Assembly: GCA_041749755.1 (NCBI GenBank)
Contig: JBGTAT010000289.1
Coordinates: 1 to 63,967 of the forward strand
DNA from: Terrimicrobiaceae bacterium
GTDB lineage: Bacteria > Verrucomicrobiota > Verrucomicrobiia > Chthoniobacterales > Terrimicrobiaceae
Reading direction: 5' to 3'
Length of the DNA: 63,967 nt
Part shown: piece after piece, positions 25,212-34,442 of the stretch
Layout of the letters: every line of letters starts with the position of its first letter
Numbering within the stretch: position 1 is the stretch's first letter
Translations under genes and position numbers: made by a program
Notes under the pieces: generated by a model
Database searches by the model: none
What the model saw: only the letters and a program-made list of their open reading frames with translations
Told to the model about the DNA's origin: nothing

Positions 25212-26504
25212 GTGCTCTCCATCTCCGTAGAAAACGTTTCGAAGCGATACCATCTTGGTACGATCAACCGGGGTGTGCTCTGGCATGAGGTCGCGGCGAA
25301 GCTTGGGCTGAGGCCGAGCCGCAAGGAAGTTGAGGAGGCGGAGCGCGAGGAGTTCTGGGCGCTGAAGGATATCAACTTCGAGATCAAGCAGGGCGAGACG
25401 GTAGGGATCATCGGGGCGAACGGGGCCGGCAAATCGACGCTGCTCAAAATCCTGTCGCGGACAACGTCGCCGACGACCGGGATGGTGAGGATCAACGGCC
25501 GGGTCGGCAGCCTGCTCGAGGTGGGCACCGGGTTCAATCCCGAGATGACCGGCCGGGAGAACGCGTATCTGAACGGGGCGATCCAGGGGATGAAGCGCCC
25601 GGAGATCGACGCGAAGTTCGACCAGATCGTGTCGTTTGCCGGGGTGGAAAAGTTCATCGATACGCCGGTGAAGCGTTATTCGAGCGGGATGTACGTGCGC
25701 CTGGCCTTTTCGGTGGCGGCGTTTTTGGAGTCCGAGATCCTGATTGTGGACGAGGTCCTCTCGGTCGGCGACCAGCAGTTTCAGAACCGCTGCATCCAGC
25801 GCCTGCAGGACATCATCAAGGAGGGTCGGACAGTCCTTTTTGTTTCGCACGGGGCGGCGCAGGTCCGGAAGCTCTGCACGCGGGCGATCTGCCTGCAGCG
25901 CGGGGAAGTCTTTTGCGACGACATTGCGAGCAAGGCGCTCGAAATATACCAGGCGGCGCAGCTGGCCGGTGGAGGAATGGGAGGGGCCGGGAAGGTGACG
26001 TCTGGGACTTCGGAGGTTGTCTATGCGGAGGGCGAACGTCCGGGGGACGAGGCGGTTCGGATGATCTCCGGCCGGCTGGTGGATGATGCCGGCCAGCTCG
26101 TCGAGCACAGCCTGACCAGCCGCGGGTTCCGGCTTGAATTTGAGTACGAGGTGCTCCAAGGCGGGCTGCCGCTGCGGCCGGCGTGCATCGTGAGCGACGA
26201 GCTGGGGAACATTTTGTTTTGGACCGGCGACGCCTCGCTTGATGCGAGGACCTCCCCCGTTCCCTCCGTGCGGTACCGGACCCGTCTCGAGTTTCCGGGG
26301 CGGCTGTTTTCGCCCGGGAAGCTGCTTTTCAGCTTCGGGGTGGGCGAGGATTCCCTGACCGGGGATTCGCACGCGCTTCTTCCCGACGCGCTCAGCATCA
26401 CGCTGGAAGACGATTTGGGCGACACCGTCATCCGGGGCGCCTACAAGGGGTCGCTGCCGGGATTTGTGCGCCCATCACTGAAGTGGAATACAACAAAAAC
26501 TTAA
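25212..26504 (+). CDS. wzt: polysaccharide ABC exporter ATP-binding protein with extended C-terminal (Wzt_C-like) domain
   Basis: GTG start. Walker A GANGAGKST, signature YSSGMYVRL and Walker B ILIVDE, plus about 180 extra C-terminal residues. Confidence 0.88.
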   Translation: MLSISVENVSKRYHLGTINRGVLWHEVAAKLGLRPSRKEVEEAEREEFWALKDINFEIKQGETVGIIGANGAGKSTLLKILSRTTSPTTGMVRINGRVGSLLEVGTGFNPEMTGRENAYLNGAIQGMKRPEIDAKFDQIVSFAGVEKFIDTPVKRYSSGMYVRLAFSVAAFLESEILIVDEVLSVGDQQFQNRCIQRLQDIIKEGRTVLFVSHGAAQVRKLCTRAICLQRGEVFCDDIASKALEIYQAAQLAGGGMGGAGKVTSGTSEVVYAEGERPGDEAVRMISGRLVDDAGQLVEHSLTSRGFRLEFEYEVLQGGLPLRPACIVSDELGNILFWTGDASLDARTSPVPSVRYRTRLEFPGRLFSPGKLLFSFGVGEDSLTGDSHALLPDALSITLEDDLGDTVIRGAYKGSLPGFVRPSLKWNTTKT

Positions 26505-26506
26505 CC

Positions 26507-27580
26507 ATGACGAATCACTCAACACTCGGGGAAATTTCCCAGGCCCACCAGGGCAAGGTCTCGGACAAGTGGTCCTCGTACCTCGTGGAATACCAGCGCC
26601 TGTTCTGCGAGTACCAGGACCGGCCGGTCTCGCTGCTCGAGATCGGCATTCAGAACGGAGGGTCCTTGGAAATCTGGGGGAAATATTTTGCGAAGGCCCG
26701 GACGATCACCGGGTGCGATATCAACGACCGCTGCGGAGCGCTGAAGTTTGAGGACCCCCGGATTGCGGTGGTCGTCGGCGATGCCAACTCGGACCCGGTC
26801 CAGGGCAAGATCCTCGAGCGGAGCGCGGATTTCGACCTCATCATCGACGACGGTTCGCACACGTCGGGCGATATCGTCAAATCATTTGCCCGGTACTTCC
26901 CGCGGCTGAACGCAGGCGGAATCTTTTTGGCCGAGGACCTGCATTGCAGCTACTGGCGGGACTTCGAGGGCGGGCTCTTCGACCCGCTTTCCAGCATCGC
27001 CTTCTTTAAGGATTTGGCGGATATCGTCAACCACGAGCACTGGGGGATCGCGGAGAAGCGGACGGATCTGTTGGAGCCGTTCCGCGCTGCCTATGGCGTC
27101 GATTTTGCCGAGTCCGATCTCGCGCAGATCCGCTCAGTCGAATTTTTAAATTCGATCTGCGTGGTAAGGAAAAACGAGCCCGGGGCCGGCGGGCTCGGCG
27201 CCCGGCGGCTCGCAGGAACATCGGCCGAAGTTTTCACCCCGTCAGTGCCCGCTTCCGGCACAATGAGTGAGGCTCCCGACGAGACAGGGAACATCTGGTC
27301 GCAATCCGCCAAATTTCACGCGCGCTCGGCGGCTGCCGACACCGCGAAGGAAATTCTGGAGCAACACGCCGCGGTCGTTCAGCTCAAAAAAACGATCGCT
27401 CGAATTGAGGGAGAGCGCGACGAGAACCATGTGAAGGCCGACCGGTTGGCATTCGAGCTCGGTCAGGCCAGCCGGCAGATCGGCAAGCTCAAGCACACGC
27501 TCGACCTGCGCGAGAGCTCGATGTCTTGGAAGCTGACCGCCCCGCTGCGGGCGATCCAGCGCGCGCTTACGCGGCACTGA
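26507..27580 (+). CDS. CmcI-type class I SAM-dependent methyltransferase with C-terminal coiled coil (WbdD-like chain-terminator candidate)
   Basis: LLEIGIQNGGSLEIW and IIDDGSH motifs. C-terminal heptad-like region ends in SWKLTAPLRAIQRAL. ATG is 3 nt after the wzt stop. Confidence 0.75.
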   Translation: MTNHSTLGEISQAHQGKVSDKWSSYLVEYQRLFCEYQDRPVSLLEIGIQNGGSLEIWGKYFAKARTITGCDINDRCGALKFEDPRIAVVVGDANSDPVQGKILERSADFDLIIDDGSHTSGDIVKSFARYFPRLNAGGIFLAEDLHCSYWRDFEGGLFDPLSSIAFFKDLADIVNHEHWGIAEKRTDLLEPFRAAYGVDFAESDLAQIRSVEFLNSICVVRKNEPGAGGLGARRLAGTSAEVFTPSVPASGTMSEAPDETGNIWSQSAKFHARSAAADTAKEILEQHAAVVQLKKTIARIEGERDENHVKADRLAFELGQASRQIGKLKHTLDLRESSMSWKLTAPLRAIQRALTRH

Positions 27581-27650
27581 GACGTGCCGCTGGAAAGCGG
27601 CTCCTTTCACGAACCATCCCACAGTCCAAGTCCGAGGAAAAAGAGAATTC

Positions 27651-27731
27651 ACCATGAAGAACAGGAAGATCTTGAAGGTAAGACAAGGATCACCATTTAG
27701 CCTCCTTCATGCTCTTCATGACCTTCATGGT
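27651..27731. repeat. 28-mer repeat, inverted copy (27651-27678) plus direct copy 1 (27704-27731), upstream of the GxxExxY gene
   Basis: CCTTCATGCTCTTCATGACCTTCATGGT lies at 27704-27731. 27651-27678 is its imperfect reverse complement (23/28). Confidence 0.75.
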
Positions 27732-27790
27732 AATATTTCTTCTGCTTCGTGAATTGGCCCTGGACTTCCCTTAAGGCTTAAACTTCCCGA

Positions 27791-28162
27791 ATGATCTTCT
27801 CCGAGTTGTCCCACCGTGTAATCGGGTGTGCGATTGAGGTTCACCGCACACTCGGTCCCGGCCTGTTAGAATCGACTTATGAACAATGCCTCGCCCATGA
27901 ATTTAAACTCCAAGGCATCGCATTCTTGTTACAACATCCCCTTCCGGTCGAATACAAAGGCCTCCGCTTGGACTGCGGATACCGCGTCGATGTCCTGGTT
28001 GACCAACAAATGATCCTCGAACTCAAAAGTGTGGAGCGCTTGCTTGGCATCCATGAGGCGCAACTGCTCACTTACATGAAACTGGCCGGCGTCCGGAATG
28101 GGTTTCTCATCAATTTCAACGTCAAGCGCCTGAAAGATGGGCTCAAGAGTTTTGTATTGTAG
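27791..28162 (+). CDS. GxxExxY protein (PD-(D/E)XK-like small protein family)
   Basis: VIGCAIEVHRTLGPGLLESTYEQCLAHEF...DVLVDQQMILELKSV...HEAQLLTYMKL is the family signature. Confidence 0.88.
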   Translation: MIFSELSHRVIGCAIEVHRTLGPGLLESTYEQCLAHEFKLQGIAFLLQHPLPVEYKGLRLDCGYRVDVLVDQQMILELKSVERLLGIHEAQLLTYMKLAGVRNGFLINFNVKRLKDGLKSFVL

Positions 28163-28239
28163 TCTCGTTGGAAGAAGCCGCCTCCAACTCACTCAATGGG
28201 TGAGCCACATGCGACGGCATTCCTCTTTGAATTCACTTC

Positions 28240-28267
28240 CCTTCATGCTCTTCATGGCCTTCATGGT
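28240..28267. repeat. 28-mer repeat, direct copy 2, downstream of the GxxExxY gene
   Basis: CCTTCATGCTCTTCATGGCCTTCATGGT, 27/28 identical to 27704-27731. Confidence 0.8.
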
Positions 28268-28299
28268 GAACCCAATTGCCGCCTGATCGTGACTGCAAG

Positions 28300-30789
28300 A
28301 TGACTCCAGAAGAAAAATATATTCAGAAGCTCGAGTGCAAGATCTGGCAGCTCGAAACGTCGAAGTCCTACCGTCTCACCTATCCTCTGCGGAGGGCGGA
28401 GGAGGTTCTTTACTCACTGATGCGCCTCCCCGGCGCCATCAAGAAATATCTCCAACCCGGATTTCGTGAATGCTTCGATGTTGGTGCCTACATGGCCTCA
28501 TCCATGCGCCCATACGGATGGTGGGAAAAGTATCCGGTTTTGCATTTCTGCCTCTTCCATAAGGAAGACCGCTTGGAAAACGGTGAAAAATACGACGTTC
28601 TGGACCCAGCGAAACCGACCGTCATCCTGGTGACCCATTCGGCCTGCCGGACCGGCGCGCCGATCCTTGTCCTCGACCTGGTCGGGCGCTTTTCGCAAAC
28701 CCACAACGTCGTCGTCTTCTCGATTTTGGGAGGGGCGCTAGAAAAAGCCTTTCACAAAAAGGCGACTGTCTTTGTCGGGCCGATCGCGCGATCCAATCTC
28801 GGGTTCGTTCTCGACCAGGAGCTTTCGCAGATCAGGAGACGTGTGCAGCCCGAATTTGCGATCGTCAATTCGATGGAGGCGACCGAGGCGATTCAGAGCC
28901 TTTGGAAGCAGGATATCCCGACCCTCCATCTGGTGCACGAGTTTGCCGCCTACACCCGGCCCGCCCGCCGATTTATCCTCTCGGCTCTTTATTCCGACGC
29001 GATGGTTTTTTCGGCCGAAATCGTGCGGGAAAATGCGATCGACGTCTGCCCGGAGATCCGGAAGTTGCAAAAGATTGTTTTTCCTCAAGGAACCTGCGAG
29101 CTCCCAAAAAGCTCTGCGGATGAGAAGGAAAAAGAGCGCGAGCGCGCGGAGATCCAGGCGACCTTCCGTCCGCCGGGCTGGCCTGAGGATACGATTGTCG
29201 TGTTGGGAGCCGGGACGGTCCAGCTGCGGAAAGGAATCCACCATTTCATCTCCACAGCCAGAAAGGTGGCCGAAAAATATCCGGTGCTGAGGATCCGGTT
29301 TGTTTGGATCGGGTCGGGCTATTTCCCGGTCGATGACCTGAACTATTCGTGCTTCATCGCCGAGCAGATCCGCCGGTCTGGCCTGGGAGACCGCCTCTCG
29401 CTCCTCGATGAGGTGAGCGAGCTTCCCAGCGCGTACGCTGCGGCCGACATCTTTTTCCTCAGCTCCGAGCTCGACCCGCTCCCGTTAGTGGCGCAGGACG
29501 CGCTCTTCAACAGGCTTCCGCTCGTGTGTTTCGAAGGAGCCAGCGGGATCCCCGGGCATATTCGGGCGGACCCCGAAGCCTCGGCGGGCGTTGTCCCGTA
29601 CCTTGATGTTGAGGCCGCCGCAGAAAAAATCGTCGCGTTTGCCCGGGACGAGGGACTTAGGAAATCCGTTGGCGAGGCGGAGCGCCGGCTGGCGGAAAAA
29701 ATCTTCAACCAAGACAGCTATTTCAAAGGTCTGAGCCTGATCGCCGGGCAAGCCGACATGGCTAAGCGCGAGGAGCTCGTTGACCGCGAAGTCATCCGGG
29801 CCTCCGGATTTTTCGATGCCAGGTTTGCCTACCCGCGCCAGGCCGAGGAGGAATCGCTGGCTCTGAAATATTATACGTCTTCGTGGAGGAAGGGCTTTCA
29901 CTGCCGGAAGCCGTTCCCCGGCTTTCACCCTGGCATCTATGCGGACCTCAACCCCGGCATCACCCGCGATCCGCTCGCTCACTTTATAGAAGCCGGACGC
30001 CCCGGGGGGGCATGGCTGAGCGAGGTGATCGGACCCGGCGGCGCCTCCCCGTCGGACCCCCTCCCCGCTCCAGGGAAAACTGCGCTGCACATCCACCTCC
30101 ACTACGCCGATGTAGCTGGAGAAATATTCTCCCGGCTCCAAAAATCCCGCTTCCGGCCGGACCTTTTCATCAGCGTCACCTCCGACGAGGCCCGGTCAGA
30201 CGTCCAGAGCCAGATCGAGAGCGCCGGGCTTCGTGCTCACGTGCTGCGGGTCGTTCCGAATCGCGGGCGCGATATCGGGCCGCTCATCACCGGGTTCCCA
30301 GAAATCTTTGAGGGGGGGTACGAGTTCATCGGTCATGTGCATGGGAAAAAATCTGTGAATGTCGGAGCTGATTTCGCCCGCCAGTGGGCGGAATTTTTGT
30401 ACGAGAACCTTCTCGGTGGAAAATTTCCCATGATGGAAGTCGTCCTGCAAAAATTCCAATCCGACCCGGCACTCGGGATCGTCTTCCCCGACGATCCGAA
30501 TGTCGTGGGATGGGAGGGGAACTGGGAATTTGCCAGTGAGCTCGGCGGGCGGCTCGGGATCCGCCTGTCCTCCGGTCACATCAATTTTCCTGTCGGCACG
30601 ATGTTCTGGGCCAGGACGCAAGCCATCCAGCCGATGGTCAAGCTAGGCCTCGGATGGGACGATTATCCTGCGGAACCGCTGCCCTACGACGGATCGATGC
30701 TCCACGCGATGGAGCGGCTCCTGCCCTCGGTCAGCGAAAGCCAGGGGTTCCGGACCGCCGTCACCCACATCAAGGGTGTCGGACGGTGA
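28300..30789 (+). CDS. bifunctional glycosyltransferase: N-terminal GT4-like domain fused to RgpF (rhamnan synthesis F)-like domain
   Basis: N-terminal coiled segment with SYRLTYPLR. GT-B region (ILVTHSACRTGAPILV...FLSSELDPLPLVAQDA). C-terminal LHIHLHYADV...VPNRGRDIGP...GHVHGKKS is typical of RgpF. Confidence 0.7.
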   Translation: MTPEEKYIQKLECKIWQLETSKSYRLTYPLRRAEEVLYSLMRLPGAIKKYLQPGFRECFDVGAYMASSMRPYGWWEKYPVLHFCLFHKEDRLENGEKYDVLDPAKPTVILVTHSACRTGAPILVLDLVGRFSQTHNVVVFSILGGALEKAFHKKATVFVGPIARSNLGFVLDQELSQIRRRVQPEFAIVNSMEATEAIQSLWKQDIPTLHLVHEFAAYTRPARRFILSALYSDAMVFSAEIVRENAIDVCPEIRKLQKIVFPQGTCELPKSSADEKEKERERAEIQATFRPPGWPEDTIVVLGAGTVQLRKGIHHFISTARKVAEKYPVLRIRFVWIGSGYFPVDDLNYSCFIAEQIRRSGLGDRLSLLDEVSELPSAYAAADIFFLSSELDPLPLVAQDALFNRLPLVCFEGASGIPGHIRADPEASAGVVPYLDVEAAAEKIVAFARDEGLRKSVGEAERRLAEKIFNQDSYFKGLSLIAGQADMAKREELVDREVIRASGFFDARFAYPRQAEEESLALKYYTSSWRKGFHCRKPFPGFHPGIYADLNPGITRDPLAHFIEAGRPGGAWLSEVIGPGGASPSDPLPAPGKTALHIHLHYADVAGEIFSRLQKSRFRPDLFISVTSDEARSDVQSQIESAGLRAHVLRVVPNRGRDIGPLITGFPEIFEGGYEFIGHVHGKKSVNVGADFARQWAEFLYENLLGGKFPMMEVVLQKFQSDPALGIVFPDDPNVVGWEGNWEFASELGGRLGIRLSSGHINFPVGTMFWARTQAIQPMVKLGLGWDDYPAEPLPYDGSMLHAMERLLPSVSESQGFRTAVTHIKGVGR

Positions 30790-30796
30790 TTTGTAA

Positions 30797-32515
30797 ATGA
30801 GCCACCTCAGAAAACTCCTTCATATCCTGCTGCCTGAGCAGCGGAAAAAACTCCCGTTCATTTTTGGGCTCATGGTTGTTGCCATGTTGTTTGAAATGTT
30901 GGGTATCGGTTTGGTAATCCCATTGCTTGCCATATTGGTGCAGCCTGAGCTTTTGTACTCGAATCCCTGGGCAGCACCTCTGCTGAAGGTGATGGGGCAG
31001 CCCGACCAGCGAACAATGCTCCTCTACGGATTTGCCTTTATTGTTGTTCTCTTTTTTACAAAGTCTGCCTTTTTAACATTCCAGGCGGCTCAGCAAACAA
31101 AGTTTATTTTTTCAGTGCACCAGCAATTGTCGCAAAAACTCTTTTCCATCTATTTGCGACAGCCCTATTCCTTTCACCTGCAACGGAATTCAGCCCAGCT
31201 CATCAGAGGAATCACATCCGACACGTGGCTGTTCGCGACAAAATGCATCTCGCCGATTTTAATGTTGCTAACGGATGCCCTTGGCTTTGCCGGGATCATT
31301 ACGCTTCTTCTCATGGTAAATCCCATGGCGACCGTAACTGTTATTATATTGATCGGAGCTCTTACCGGCCTGTTTTTATCAAAAACCCGGAGCATGGTTT
31401 TGGCTTGGGGCAAGGCAAGACAGTACCACGATGGCCAGCGTATCCAGCACGTTCAGCAGGGCTTGAACGGCGTGAAAGAGGTTATGATCCTTGGTCGCCA
31501 AAACCAATTTATCGACCTGTTTTCAGAACACAGCATCCATTTGGAACGAGTAAGTCGAAATGAAATGTTGATGCAGCAATTGCCAAGGCTCTGGATAGAG
31601 TTTTTCGCAATACTCGGCGTCGCCGTCCTGGTTGCGATCATGGCCTCGCAGAGCTCTTCGGTGACAGATATTGTGCCAACGCTCGGACTTTTTGCCGCTG
31701 CCGCATTCCGCATGATGCCCTCGGTGAACCGGATGATCATGTCGCTGCAGGCGACACGTTTTGGCCTCCCCTCTGCCGATTTCTTGGAATCGGAACTGGC
31801 GATAGAGGCAAAACAAACGTCTCACGAAGGCGGCAGCTTGATCGGCGAGCTCAAAGGCAGCATCCAATTTGAATCGGTTGCCTTTTGCTACGAAAATGCA
31901 AGTCAACCGTCGCTGACCGAAGTGGATCTTATAATAAAGAAAGGCGAGACGGTTGGTTTCTCAGGCCCGAGCGGCTCAGGAAAAAGCACGCTCATTGACG
32001 TTCTTCTTGGCCTGCTTACACCTACAGAAGGGAGAGTTCTCGTGGACGGAACCGACATCTCCCGCAGCATGCGGGCATGGCAGAACCAAATCGGATACGT
32101 CCAGCAGAGCATCTACCTGACGGATGATACCTTGCGGCGTAATATTGCCTTCGGTTTGTCAGACGAGCAGATCGACGACAGCGCGATGTGGGGAGCCATT
32201 CGAGCGGCTCAGTTGGAGGAATTTATTCAGGGTCTGCCCGAAAAAATCGAGACCATCGTGGGCGAGAGGGGGGTGAGGCTCTCTGGAGGGCAGAGGCAAA
32301 GAATCGGGATTGCGCGAGCGCTCTACCACAACCCGAATGTCTTGGTCCTAGATGAGGCGACAAGCGCGCTTGACAATGCAACCGAGGCAGAGGTTATGAA
32401 TTCGGTGGATGCGCTTCATGGGAAAAAAACAATTATCATCATCGCCCATCGTATGAGTACACTCGGGGGTTGTGATCGCGTCTATCGTCTAGAGGACGGT
32501 CGAATCTCAAACTAA
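30797..32515 (+). CDS. fused TMD-NBD ABC exporter (MsbA/PglK-like)
   Basis: Six N-terminal TM segments. Walker A GPSGSGKST, LSGGQRQRIGIARAL and Walker B VLVLDEATSALD. Confidence 0.85.
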   Translation: MSHLRKLLHILLPEQRKKLPFIFGLMVVAMLFEMLGIGLVIPLLAILVQPELLYSNPWAAPLLKVMGQPDQRTMLLYGFAFIVVLFFTKSAFLTFQAAQQTKFIFSVHQQLSQKLFSIYLRQPYSFHLQRNSAQLIRGITSDTWLFATKCISPILMLLTDALGFAGIITLLLMVNPMATVTVIILIGALTGLFLSKTRSMVLAWGKARQYHDGQRIQHVQQGLNGVKEVMILGRQNQFIDLFSEHSIHLERVSRNEMLMQQLPRLWIEFFAILGVAVLVAIMASQSSSVTDIVPTLGLFAAAAFRMMPSVNRMIMSLQATRFGLPSADFLESELAIEAKQTSHEGGSLIGELKGSIQFESVAFCYENASQPSLTEVDLIIKKGETVGFSGPSGSGKSTLIDVLLGLLTPTEGRVLVDGTDISRSMRAWQNQIGYVQQSIYLTDDTLRRNIAFGLSDEQIDDSAMWGAIRAAQLEEFIQGLPEKIETIVGERGVRLSGGQRQRIGIARALYHNPNVLVLDEATSALDNATEAEVMNSVDALHGKKTIIIIAHRMSTLGGCDRVYRLEDGRISN

Positions 32516-32527
32516 AATATCAAAAGC

Positions 32528-33526
32528 ATGCTACAAAACAGTTCAATTCTCATTACTGGAGGAACCGGTTCATTTGGAAAAGTTTTTGTCCCGCTGACCC
32601 TCGAAAAGTACAATCCGAAGCGCCTCGTGATTTTTTCAAGGGATGAAATGAAGCAGTGGGAAATGGCCCAGAGCTACGGAAACGACCCCCGGGTCCGCTT
32701 TTTTATCGGGGACGTCCGCGACAAAGATCGCTTGGTGCGCGCATTGGATGGAATTGATTTTGTTGTCCACGCCGCCGCGACAAAAATTGTTCCCACGGCT
32801 GAATACAACCCCTTCGAGTGCGTGAAGACGAATATCAACGGGGCGATGAATGTCGTTGACGCCTGCATTGACCGGGGAATCCAGCGGGTTGTCGCCCTTT
32901 CGACCGACAAGGCCAGCAATCCAGTGAATCTGTACGGCGCAACAAAGCTTGCCTCGGACAAGCTTTTTGTTGCCTCCAACGCCTATGCCGGAACTCACAA
33001 CACGAGGTTCGCCGTCGTACGTTATGGCAATGTGATGGGATCGAGGGGATCGGTCATCCCATTTTTTCTCTCGAGGGCTCACAGCGGAATTCTGCCGATC
33101 ACGGATGCAAAAATGACGAGGTTTATGATTACCTTAGAGCAGGGGGTGGACCTGGTCTGGCGGGCATTTGAAGATATGAGCGGTGGCGAAATCTATGTGA
33201 AGAAGATTCCTTCCATGGGTATTCTGGACATCGCCAAGGCAGTCGCCCCTGATGCCCGGATGGAGTACATTGGAATTAGGCCAGGCGAAAAAATCCATGA
33301 GCAAATGATTGGCGTGGAGGATGCCGCTCATACATTCGAGTATGGGAGCTACTACAAAATTCTGCCTGCCATTTATGGCTGGTCAGCCGATGCGAGCCGC
33401 ATCGGAGATGGGGTGCCCGTTGCGCAGGACTTTGTTTATACGTCCGACAAAAATTCCGACTGGATGTCCACCGAGACGTTGAGACAATGGATTGAGACGA
33501 GGAAGCCGGACTTGTTGGCAACCTGA
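32528..33526 (+). CDS. pseB: UDP-N-acetylglucosamine 4,6-dehydratase (inverting)
   Basis: ILITGGTGSFGK...VIFSRDEMKQ...FFIGDVRD...AEYNPFECVKTNI...STDKA.NPVNLYGATKL...VRYGNVMGSRGSVIPFF. Near-colinear with Helicobacter FlaA1/PseB as I recall it. Confidence 0.88.
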   Translation: MLQNSSILITGGTGSFGKVFVPLTLEKYNPKRLVIFSRDEMKQWEMAQSYGNDPRVRFFIGDVRDKDRLVRALDGIDFVVHAAATKIVPTAEYNPFECVKTNINGAMNVVDACIDRGIQRVVALSTDKASNPVNLYGATKLASDKLFVASNAYAGTHNTRFAVVRYGNVMGSRGSVIPFFLSRAHSGILPITDAKMTRFMITLEQGVDLVWRAFEDMSGGEIYVKKIPSMGILDIAKAVAPDARMEYIGIRPGEKIHEQMIGVEDAAHTFEYGSYYKILPAIYGWSADASRIGDGVPVAQDFVYTSDKNSDWMSTETLRQWIETRKPDLLAT

Positions 33527-33533
33527 TCAAGTC

Positions 33534-34439
33534 TTGAAACAGCGCATACTCATTACAGGTGGCAGTGGACTGCTGGGGTTGATTTGGGCCCAGGAAACCC
33601 GGTCCGAGTTCGATGTATTCCTGGGTTTGCACATTCGGTCAGTCAAAATAGCTGGGACAACGTCGCTGCCAATTCGGTGGGAGGATTCCGGCGCACCAGG
33701 CATCGAACTCGATCGGTTATCCCCCAACCTTGTTGTCCATACAGCCGGCCTGACCAGCGTGGAGCGGTGCGAAACAGATCCCGAACAAGCAAAGGCTCTG
33801 AATACCGATCTGGCGGCCCGGGTTGCTGAGTATTGCGGGAAGAGAAAAATCGGCCTCATCCATATCTCCACCGATCATCTTTTTGATGGATCGGCCCCGC
33901 TTGTTCGGGAAGAACATCCGCTATGCCCGATGAACGTGTATGGTCAAACCAAAGCGGATGGGGAAGCTGCAGTGCTGCAGGCCTGCCCCGAGGCGCTGGT
34001 GGTGCGAACAAATTTTTACGGATGGGGTCCGCCGTACCGGCGCTCGTTCAGCGATTGGATTATCGATTCCTTGAAAGCTGGCCGGGAAATCGGAGTCTTC
34101 GAGGATGTTTTTTACACGCCAATCCTGGCGGCCAAGCTGGTTTCTTCTGCAATGGAGCTCTGGTCCAAGGGAGTTCATGGAGTCATCCATATTGCTGGTC
34201 CAGCGAGGATATCAAAACATGATTTTGCGGTCCGGGTGGCAGCCGAGTTTGATCTGGATCACCACCTGATCCGCCGAGCACAGTTGTCAAACTCCCCGCA
34301 GCTTGTTCGTCGTCCGTTCGACATGAGCCTGAGCAGCGAAAAAGCCTGGTCCATGCTTTCCTCGCAGCCCGACACTTTGGCCGAGCAAATCAAAACGCTG
34401 GCGCGCGAGCAGGAGTCTGGGCTGACATCAACTTTATAA
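33534..34439 (+). CDS. RmlD-family (dTDP-4-dehydrorhamnose reductase-like) sugar-nucleotide 4-reductase
   Basis: ILITGGSGLLG Rossmann and ISTDHLFDG...PMNVYGQTKADGE (YxxxK). Only TTG start candidates exist (33534 preferred, 33492 alternative). Confidence 0.75.
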   Translation: MKQRILITGGSGLLGLIWAQETRSEFDVFLGLHIRSVKIAGTTSLPIRWEDSGAPGIELDRLSPNLVVHTAGLTSVERCETDPEQAKALNTDLAARVAEYCGKRKIGLIHISTDHLFDGSAPLVREEHPLCPMNVYGQTKADGEAAVLQACPEALVVRTNFYGWGPPYRRSFSDWIIDSLKAGREIGVFEDVFYTPILAAKLVSSAMELWSKGVHGVIHIAGPARISKHDFAVRVAAEFDLDHHLIRRAQLSNSPQLVRRPFDMSLSSEKAWSMLSSQPDTLAEQIKTLAREQESGLTSTL

Positions 34440-34442
34440 AAT

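Noticed and set aside
24687-28267. Integron-style interpretation of the four-helix-bundle and GxxExxY cassettes.
   Set aside because: No integrase or attI is present in the window. The two cassettes have unrelated flanks that do not resemble attC sites, and they are separated by essential-looking operon genes. They are kept as repeat-bounded cassettes only.
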